Source: the human T2T-CHM13v2.0 reference genome, Homo sapiens | Length of the DNA: 64,000 bases | Reading direction: 5' to 3' (one strand) | Assembly: GCF_009914755.1 (NCBI RefSeq) | Contig: NC_060944.1 | Part shown: piece by piece, positions 54,550 to 64,000 of the stretch | Position numbering within the stretch: the first letter of the stretch is position 1 | Layout: each line of letters opens with the position of its first letter | Notes under the pieces: model-generated | Seen by the model: the letters and a program-made list of their open reading frames with translations, nothing else | The model's database searches: none | What the model was told of the DNA's origin: nothing | Program-made: the position numbers and the translations under genes

Positions 54550-56137
54550 CTTCAGATTTTGAAGTGACAAAGAGATCTGGAAAGGGTACTGCTTCCACCT
54601 TTACAATGAGTAAAGAACTGAACAAACTGCAAACCACTGACTTTTCCTGATATCATAAAAGAACTGAAGTTGCAGAGCAAACAAAACGCCCCAAACCTGG
54701 GGAGAGACAGATGCTTGCGGAGAAAAAGAAGAACCAAGCATTCATTTACTTGGAGCAGATGTTGCCTGATTCTACATACACTGGTAATAAAATCCAGCTA
54801 TGAATTCTTAACTAATTGCTTAAAGCCAAGTATGGGAAAGTGTAAAGCCCTAGGACTAGAAGCATGGATGGGGTTTGCGCTGTCTTACAAGCATGCCCAC
54901 TACTGTGTGCTTACAGCATATGCAACAACAAAAAAAAGTGAAATCCACGACAGCTATGGCACAAAGGATGAGAAAAGGACTTAGAAACATACAGAGGGCC
55001 TTGCACTTCATACAAATTAGTATACTATTATTTGAAGAAGACCTTAGATTTTTTAAAGTACATATTATAAATACCAGGGCAAATATTAAAACATCAAGTG
55101 AGATAAATAATTAATAGAGGAAGTGAAAAGAAATTATAAAAATAGTCCATCAAATCTAGAGAAGACAACAAGGGGGAATAAACAAATAACAAATGAAACA
55201 ACTAGACAACAGCTGGCAAGATGGTAGTTTTAATCCAGTTATATTGATAACCATTTTAAATGTGAATGATCTAAACACAGCAGTTAAAAGACAGAGATTG
55301 CCAGGTTGAATGAAAAAAAAGACTCAACAATATGCTGTCCACATGACATTTATTTTAAATTTAAAGACATAGAAATATCAAAAGTAGAAGCATGGAGAGT
55401 GATAGATCATGCCAACACAAGCTACAGAAAGCTGGAGCAACTGTAATAATTCCATACAATGCAGAATGTAGAACAAGGAATATTATCAGAGATAAAGAGT
55501 GATAATACATAATTATAAAAGAATCAAGTCTCCCACAAGAGACAATACTAACAACACAGCTTTAAAATACGTGAAGCAAAAACTGATTTATTTGAAAGTG
55601 ACAGCAAAATTTACAGTTACAGCTGGAGCCTTGAATACTTCTCTCTCAGCAATTGGTTTAACAAGAAGGCAAAAATAAGTACAGATAATGATAACCTAAA
55701 CAGTGTCATTGACCATTTTGACATAATTGACACCTAGAGAACACTCCGACAACAATAACAAAATACCCTTCTTCACAACTGCAAATGAAATATCCACCTA
55801 GAGAGACTGTAGTCTGGGCCTTCAAACACACCTTAACAAATTTAAAAGCATAAAAATCATACAAAGTATATTTTAAAAGATCAAATTAAACTAGAAAATA
55901 ACAAAGATATCTGAAAATCTCTAAATATTTGGAAACTAATAATGTACTTGTCCGTAAAATGTGGATAAAATGGAATTATCTGAGAATTAAAATTCTTTTG
56001 AACTGAATGACAATAAAAATACAGCATATCAAAATGTATGGGATGCAGCTAAAGCAGTGCTCAGAGGACAATCTATACTACTAGAGGCTTATATTAGAAA
56101 AAAAAATTTAAATCAATAACCTAAGCTTTCACCGTTA
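54550..56137 (+). mobile_element. Old L1M 5' region plus ORF2 endonuclease fragment, ending at the VNTR
   Basis: ttaaatgtgaatgatctaaac..aaaagacagagattg (LNVNxLN..KRQRL), atatgctgtcca, tgggatgcagctaaagcagtgct (WDAAKAV); many stops. Confidence 0.85.
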
Positions 56138-56149
56138 GAGAAGGAATTT

Positions 56150-57648
56150 CCTCACTCAGGACCCTCTGCGGATGTCACCTCCATCCTCATCAGGACCCTC
56201 CATGGTGTCACCTCCATCCTCACTCAGGACACTCCATGGTGTCACCTCCATCCTTACTCAGGACCCTCCATGGTGTCACCGCCATCCTCACTCAGGACCC
56301 TCCATGAGTGCCACCTCCATCCTCACTCAGGATCCCCTGTAAGTGTCACCTCCATCCTCACCAGGACCCTCCATGGTGTCACCGCCATCCTCACTCAGGA
56401 CCCTCCATGAGTGCCACCTCCATCCTCACCAGGATCCCCTGTAAGTGTCACCTCCATCCTCACCAGGACCCTCCATGAGTGTCACCTCCATCCTCAGGAC
56501 CCTCCATGAGTGTCACCTCCATCCTCACTCAGGACCCTCCATGGTGTCACCTCCATCCTCACTCAGGACCCTCCATGGTGTCACCTCCATCCTCACTCAG
56601 GACCCTCCATGGTGTCACCTCCATCCTCACTCAGGACCCTCCATGGTGTCACCTCCATCCTCACCAGGACCCTCCATGAGTGTCACCTCCATCCTCACTC
56701 AGGACCCTCCATGGTGTCACCTCCATCCTCACTCAGGACCCTCCATGGGTGTCACCTCCATCCTCACTCAGGACCCTCCATGGTGTCACCGCCATCCTCA
56801 CTCAGGACCCTCCATGAGTGTCACCTCCATCCTCACTCAGGACCCTCCATGGTGTCACCTCCATCCTCACTCAGGACCCTCCATGGTGTCACCTCCATCC
56901 TCACCAGGATCCCCTGTAAGTGTCACCTCCATCCTCACCAGGACCCTCCATGAGTGTCACCTCCATCCTCACTCAGGACCCTCCATGGTGTCACCTCCAT
57001 CCTCACTCAGGACCCTCCATGGTGTCACCTCCATCCTCACCAGGATCCCCTGTAAGTGTCACCTCCATCCTCACCAGGACCCTCCATGAGTGTCACCTCC
57101 ATCCTCACTCAGGACCCTCCATGGTGTCACCTCCATCCTCACTCAGGACCCTCCATGGTGTCACCTCCATCCTCACTCAGGACCCTCCATGGTGTCACCT
57201 CCATCCTCACTCAGGACCCTCCATGGGTGTCACCTCCATCCTCACTCAGGACCCTCCATGGTGTCACCTCCATCCTCACCAGGACCCTCCATGAGTGTCA
57301 CCTCCATCCTCAGGACCCTCCATGAGTGTCACCTCCATCCTCACTCAGGACCCTCCATGGTGTCACCTCCATCCTCACTCAGGACCCTCCATGGTGTCAC
57401 CTCCATCCTCACTCAGGACCCTCCATGGTGTCACCTCCATCCTCACTCAGGACCCTCCATGGTGTCACCTCCATCCTCACCAGGACCCTCCATGAGTGTC
57501 ACCTCCATCCTCACTCAGGACCCTCCATGGTGTCACCTCCATCCTCACTCAGGACCCTCCGTGAGTGCCAGCTCTGTCTACCCTCGGGACCCTCCATGAG
57601 TGTCTCCTCTATCTACCCTCAGGACCCTCTGTGAATGTCCTCGCCATC
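56150..57648. repeat. 34-bp VNTR, ~44 units, consensus CCTCACTCAGGACCCTCCATGGTGTCACCTCCAT
   Basis: Near-perfect central units with recurring 31-35-bp variants and degenerate ends. Confidence 0.98.
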
Positions 57649-57807
57649 CATACTCCCCCCTCTTAGACCCAGACTGTTTCAGGGTTGGACACTGAGCTGT
57701 GGCCCCTGAGCCTAGCTCTTCTCCGAGCTTCTCTTGGGCACCTCTCTCTCAGACTAGGCTCAGCTCCAACACCAGTTCCCAGAGCCCTTCCTGTTCACTG
57801 TCTGGTG

Positions 57808-58095
57808 TCTCACACTCACACCTGCTCACATGCACACTGACTCACTCACACTCAAACTCACATCCACAGTTATAGAGTTCACTGCTTTCCTCACATCCTT
57901 CTGCAGTCAGGTGGCCACAGTCACCTTCTCCCACACAGCCTCACACACTCATGCTCCCAGACACGTTCACAGATATACACAAACTCATTGACACACTGGC
58001 ACACTCAATACTGTGCACACCTGCTCTCAGGCACACACTCACACACTCATCCACACAGAGACACTCACTCCTGTGCAGGTGCACACATGACACGC
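57808..58095. repeat. (CA)-rich low complexity
   Basis: cacactca-type degenerate repeats. Confidence 0.7.
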
Positions 58096-58229
58096 CCCCC
58101 CACCCCTCCCTTCCGGCACCCCATGTTCCCTGTCTCAGGGCTCACACTTCATAAGCACTCATGGAAGTTGCTACTGCAGGGTGGATGCCAAGACAGGGAG
58201 CCTGCACGAACAGGTTCACAGCATTTGTT

Positions 58230-58372
58230 GTTTATGTGGCTGTTGCTTGTCCTTCACTGAGGTCCAGCATTTAGAGGGCAGGGACTCTGTCTCTGGGGCA
58301 TCTCTTTATTCCAGGACACAGCAAGTACCTGCCACATCTAGGAACTCAGTAAATATTTCTTGTTTAATAAGA
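58230..58372 (+). mobile_element. L2 3' end fragment
   Basis: agagggcagggactctgtct..acctgccacatctaggaactcagtaaatattt. Confidence 0.65.
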
Positions 58373-59849
58373 GAGGGAGGAAGCACAGGCTATAGGATAC
58401 AAAAAAAAAGAAGAGGATGGCAAAGAAGGACGGGTGCTGAGGAAGACAGAGAGATGGACCGTGTTGAGCCTGCGAGGTCTTGGCGGGAGCTGTCCTGGGC
58501 GTGGTTGTTCTCTGATACAGTCTAATTTCGATGTGGCCTCGGTGTGGCATACTATGGGACCACAGCTTCCCCATCAGGCTGCCTTACTGAGGTGGAACTC
58601 CACAACCTTGATTTAATAGACAGAAGCTGCATCTGCTCCCCACAAGTTACTAGCCCACACGGGCACTGCTCAGAGTTAAGAATGTGTTTCCATGGTGACC
58701 TTCTGGTAATTAACTTTTTGGAAGGTGTCCAAGACAGACCAGCCTCCTCCAGAATTCAGCACCACCTGGGGTCCTTCCCGCCCAGGGCTACTCTTTCTGG
58801 AAAATCAGCTTGCATGTCCTGGCCGTGGGAAGGGTCACCTGATTTCCTTTATGCCTTTTGAGGGGCTCACTCTTCCTTAGACCAAGGTTGTGTACTTCCT
58901 TCTTTTACCTTGTTTATGCAGCAGGACCCCGGATCCAACCTGTCTTCTGTGAGCTTTATCAATAGACTAGGGTTTGTTGTAACAAACTGGGAAGAAACCC
59001 AAAGAAAGGGGTGGGATGGGCTAGTTTCTAGCCACTTTCATGATTAGAAAGTGTGGCTTGGAAAAGGACAGACAATTCCTTTCTGGCATGCTGTGAACAG
59101 GAAAGTGAGAGCGTGGTAGAGTACTGCAGACGTATTTCTTACCATATCATATGTTCTTAGATGGGTGTTTTTGGCCAACATTTTGAATGTCTTTGTTTAG
59201 CTTCTTTATGCTTGAGGCAAAACACTTAACTAGAGAGTGATAGGGGCATTGTTGAAACAATGATGATAAATTATAAATAGGCATAATTATCCTGTGGCCT
59301 GAAAAGAGACCTGCACACAATTAATATTGAAATTTGGCAAGTGCATGATTGGAAGAAAGATGTGATTTCTTAAGTAAGGAAATTTTAGGAATGCACCCTT
59401 ATGTAGCACTGTATATAATGTCTTCTGGAGGGAAAATGAAATCCCATTGCTGATCAACGGCATGGGTGCAGGGTTTGGAAAACACCCACGGATCCAAATC
59501 AACTGCTGCTTTCTCCCCTTTCTACACGCAGTTCCAGCATGATGCTGAAAATGATTCAAAGATTCAGATGGGAATATGTGTACTCGAGGAAACAGTCCTG
59601 TTTGCAGCGAAGAGACTGGCAAGCTGTTCAGAGTTCTATGCACCGTGAGCTAAGCAGATCCAGTTCCCCGGAAGATCTGGTACAGACTGTTTTTATCTGG
59701 AGAGAAACCTAGGCTGAAACCTAGCGTGCTGAGCAAGTTTACTAGCATAAAGGGAGCAGCGGACAAAATTTGAAGATACTGGCTCAGGGTGAGCAAATGC
59801 GAGCTCTGTGCACTTGGAGAGAGGCGCTCTGCACAGCCCAAGGGTGTGG

Positions 59850-60045
59850 AAGTTAACTCTCTGGTCTTGGAGTTAGACTGTCTTGCTCCATCCCTCAAGT
59901 CTGCCAATGACTTGTTTTGAACCTTCACCAGTTTCACAGCCTTTCAGAGCCCTGTCTCCATGTTCCTGTAGCACTGATCTCCACCTCCTAGGGTTGAAGA
60001 TGACCTGAGATCAGCAAACTGCCTAGCATGTAGTTGGCGCTCAAT
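59850..60045 (+). mobile_element. MIR
   Basis: tggagttagactg..tagggttgaagatga..gcctagcatgtagttggcgctcaat. Confidence 0.55.
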
Positions 60046-61965
60046 CCACAGCAGCTCAGACCCCCTATAGCAGCCTTTGGTGCCTAGCTTCTCAGATCCC
60101 CATCCAGCAGCTAGGCCCTCAAGGAATGACACAAAAATGAAGTGAATGCTTCACCTTCCGTCAACATGGCATGCATGCAGTGGGATTTAACTTCCCATTA
60201 TTGAATTAAAAAGAAATGGCCCAGCAGTTCCAACTCCCTGGGATCCTGTTCCTGAATCCCAGTCCAACTGCGACTCAGGTACCCAAGAAAAAGACTTTCA
60301 GCATTTGAACTTGGACTTAAAAGCCTTTAAGAAAATTAGTGTTCCTGAATCTGCTGTTTCATCAGGAGGATGAGGGGGGATCATGAGGATCACCCCAGCA
60401 TGGCAGCTCTGAATCCTCCCACCACATGGTCAGGGCATGTGGATCACAGGATGAGCTACGGCTGCCACGGCTGCAGCGTAGAGCTCAGCCCAGGTGTGTC
60501 CTGCCCTCCCCTGGTCCTCTCCCCGCTTTAGAAGTTATTCCAAAAGGCAACTTCTTCCTCCCACCCCCATTAAAAGCAGCTGTTTTATTTCTGATTGACT
60601 CTTTTTTGAGCAAATTCTTCAGAATCAAGTCACTTGAAGGGTAATTGTTTCTGAAAAATATCTTGTTTTTGCATCTGTGCAGCTGTGGTTATTCAATCAC
60701 TGGAACACCATCTATTGAGTGGCATATTTATCGCTGACTTTTTCCCCTCCTTTTATTCTGGTTAGACATGGTTTGGTTCCCTTAGTTTGGGGATGGGTTG
60801 TGTTCTTTAGGTTTGCGAGTTATTTTTTGCTGTATTGTATTCCTAATATAAGGTATAAGAAATTTCTATTGTAAAAACTAAATAATTTTAAAACTAAACA
60901 TCTCACTGAAAACATCTTAAAAATTTGACATGAGTCCATTAACTGATAAGATCTGTGTTTTAAGGAAAAATGGGTCATCTCGGATGTCCAAAGAGCAACT
61001 TTAGAAACGCTGGAACCACGGGTCAATCAGTTATAGGAAACCCTCTTTAGGGAATAGTTGTCATACTCATGTACCTATTTAATTCATAACCAGAAACATC
61101 CGGGAGGTATTCATTGTCCTCTTGAGGCTGTCTAGGAACAGAGGTTCCATGATCTCACCTGAGTCATGATGGCCTTGGGGCATCCCTCTTGAGTCTTCTC
61201 ACTTCTAAAGCATCCTTGTAGGAAAACAGCACCCTCTGAAGGACAGTGTCCCCGCACCCCCCCCCCCCCAGCCCCAGGAAGCCAGGGCACTTGTCCTAGC
61301 ACAATCAGGGGCCTAGCATCAGAAGTGGGGCTTGGGAATGGAGCGGGAAGTGGGTAGCGGGGAGGCCCAGGTGTGAAAGCATCGTCCACCTCACCGAGTG
61401 CCCTTTGACTCCAGACCACCGGCGTGGAGGGGTTATTTTAGAGACAACACACCACTAGCTCCCCAGTCACGGCCCCATCTTCGAGAACATGCCCCGCCCA
61501 ACCCCATCAGGGCCACCACATGGCACTGAGCCCTCACTCCCCACTGTGAGGATCGGGGCCAGCAGGTAGAAAGGAGCAGTCTGTGGGTAAGAGCTGGCAC
61601 TTGGGAGGTCATCAACGCAGGCAGAGCGAGAAACAGCAGAAGAACAGGAAGGAAGGAGGGGAGTCTGGGAGCCGGAGGAAATGGCCCCTTTTCCCGACCT
61701 CTAGCTCCTGCTCAGAGTCTGGTCCAGCTCCACATGGCTCGCACAGCCCTCGTCCTACTGCACTGTAACTGCTTAGCTATGTGTCTGCCTCTAAATTATA
61801 AGCTTCACGAAGTCCAGCATCTGTGTCTGTCTTGTTCATGCTTATGCCCAGAACATAGCTCCAGGGCTGGCACAAAGTGACTTTGCGTCAAGTGGTTTTC
61901 TACAACAGAGGAAGGAGGAGAGAGCTTTCAGTTAAGAGGGAAACAGGCCAGGTGGTCGGCAAGGC

Positions 61966-62392
61966 TGTTGGGGGGCAGGCAAGCCCAAAACTGGGGCTTA
62001 GCCTGGGAAGGTTCTTGGCTTTGCCCAGGAAAGAATTCAAGAGCAAGCTGGTGGTAGAAGAAAACAGCCTCACTGAGGCCCAGCGTTACAGCTCTGTGAT
62101 TGCCCCTGCAGAGCAGGGCCATGTCCTAGGCAGTGTGTGCACAGCCGCAGCTTTATACCCACTTAAAATGACATGCAAAGTAAGGAAAAGGTTATTCAGA
62201 ATTTCCTAGAAAAAGAGGTGGTAACTTCCAGGTCATTGCCATGGAAAGGGGTGGCAACTTCTGGGTGTTGCCATGGCAATGGTAAACTGACATGGCACTG
62301 GTTAGCAGTCTTATGGAAAGGTGCTTTCACCTCTCCCCTGTTTCAGCCACTCTTCAATCTGCTCCAGAGTTTGAGCCCCACTTCCTACCTCA
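61966..62392 (-). mobile_element. ERV1 solo LTR (MER66/MER50-like)
   Basis: Sense start TGAGGTAGGAAG, end CCAACA; ttgccatggcaac motifs; near-TSD aggc/aggg. Confidence 0.75.
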
Positions 62393-62809
62393 AGGGGACC
62401 CCAGGGTGGTGGTCACAGCGTATGTAAGAATTATAATCACAATTACAGTTAAACATTCAGGTAAGCATATTAGAAGGCAAAAATATTTCCTTTTTCAACA
62501 TTAGGATACAGTTTGTTTGAAAGGTCTAGTAATGCAATGGTTACATCGCAAACTCATGCTTTAAATACTAAGTACCTTCCCCATCTCTGTCTGTAAAGGA
62601 GCCACAAAGATTCCCACGAGACAGCCTGGTACATCTTCCAGTCCTCTAGGTTTTTATCTTAAATATTAGTCTATAATAACATGAGTCAGAGCTCCTCAGG
62701 GAGAAATTGATTTGATGTCCCAGGAAGAGGAAAGTGGAGATGGTTCTGGTACATCTTATTGCCAGAAAGCAGTAATTATTTCCAAATTTTTTGGGAATCA
62801 TATCAAAAG

Positions 62810-63420
62810 AACAAAAAAGCTAGCCCAAGAGGCTCCCAGTGGACATATTATGCCAATGTAACCATCATCAAGAGAGTGATAATTATGGGTAATTAGGACT
62901 AGTCACTTTGTTTAAAACCACAGGTCTATAATGCTACTCAAAATGGGAAAAGTTATTATAAAGTTTGCAAAGCCATCTGTGAAAGGTTGATGAGGAATTG
63001 GAGATGTGTTGGTGCCAGATTATAACTCCACAGATTACTTGCGGGTCAGTAGGAGAAAATGTAGTTATAAAGCAGAGGAATCTGACTGCGCTTACCACAA
63101 CCCGGTGACAAAACAACATCCCTCATGGTGAAGCAGCTGGACGTGTGTGTCAGGATGTGACACACGTGATGTACAAAGATGGTATCATCATCAAAGTAGA
63201 CACCAAAACGTGTTTACCTGAACCAAGTGAGGGCCCCGGACCTAACATCCAGCCTGCAGAAAATACTGGGTGTAGAAGGGCTGGCTGTCACGAGACCTGA
63301 TCAGACTCAGGCAGAACATGGTGCCTCCTACAGGATGGCAGCTCAGCTCTTCATCCAATCACAGTCATGGCAGCAACTGGCGGGGCAGGGCCCGTCTAAG
63401 AGAAATGAGACGTAATCTGT
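62810..63420 (+). mobile_element. Old L1MC/ME 3' fragments
   Basis: agctagcccaagaggctcccagtgg..; gacctaacatccagcctgcagaaaatac. Confidence 0.45.
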
Positions 63421-63908
63421 AGAGAAGCCAGCTAGACACAGGGGAAATGGTAAGGCAGCTGCAGCAAAATGTCAACACTTGTCCTTATTTCCTCATCTAC
63501 AAAATGGGGGTGGCATCAACAGCACTCATCTTAGAAGATTATAAAGATTAAACGTAAAATGTTTAGAACATTGTACATTATCAACTAAAGGTTCCAAAAG
63601 CTGTTAGGCGGTGCTGGTGAGTGTTCTTTCCATGCATGAAATCCTCTCAGACATTAAAAAATCTAGACTCAGACCAGTGAATACTGTTTGGAGACAATGC
63701 CCCCACCCCCAACCCACTGCAAAGAAAAAAAAAAAAGATGAGGATGAGGATGGTGTATTGAAAGCACAACAGAGACAATGGCAGCCCTCTTTCTACAAAT
63801 CCAGTAAACAGAATCTTTCCAGGAGTACATATGGTGAAAAGTCAGGTATAATTGCATTTCATACTTGGTAAATTGTTATTTATATGAGAAAATGCAAAAG
63901 TGAGTTTC

Positions 63909-64000
63909 TGTATCAGTTAACTATTGCTGTGTAACAAACCACTCCAACATAAGTGGCTCAAGGCAATAATCAGTTATGATCACTCACAAGACTTGGGTTT
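63909..64000 (-). mobile_element. MLT1 LTR end (cut by window edge)
   Basis: tgtatcagttaactattgctgtgtaacaaaccactccaa..agtggctcaa. Confidence 0.75.

Noticed and set aside
56150-57648. VNTR as a CRISPR array, or its ORFs (e.g. 56445-57089, 214 aa) as a repeat protein
   Set aside because: Units are contiguous with no unique spacers and there are no cas genes in this primate context; ORFs in all three frames are artefacts of a stop-poor repeat

Overview
Primate (almost certainly human) non-coding euchromatic DNA. It is dense in interspersed repeats (Alu J/S/Y, L1PA/L1M, L2, MIR, MaLR, ERV1 LTRs, hAT MERs), and I cannot support any protein-coding gene, RNA gene or CRISPR array. Long ORFs in the track come from Alus, microsatellites or VNTRs. 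The main feature is a 5.7-kb minus-strand HERV-I (tRNA-Ile PBS, LTR10-type LTRs, AATAT target-site duplication) at 42894-48594, inserted into an L2. It shows (i) extreme G-to-A hypermutation of pol/env and the PPT, (ii) opposite-polarity C-to-T changes limited to the 5' LTR tip, as expected from deamination during reverse transcription, (iii) a ~206-bp low-divergence tract between its LTRs covering p53-like motifs, (iv) a ~138-bp copy of flanking host DNA inserted into env, and (v) two GC-rich non-retroviral-looking inserts. Other features: a full-length MSTD-type MaLR, a 34-bp VNTR with higher-order structure, a 20-bp minisatellite derived from an L1 motif, a CpG-retaining 223-bp tandem duplication, a GGAA-rich polypurine tract, a triple CACGTG E-box cluster and several TE-poor candidate enhancer islands. 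Subfamily names and consensus comparisons are from memory and need RepeatMasker/Dfam confirmation.
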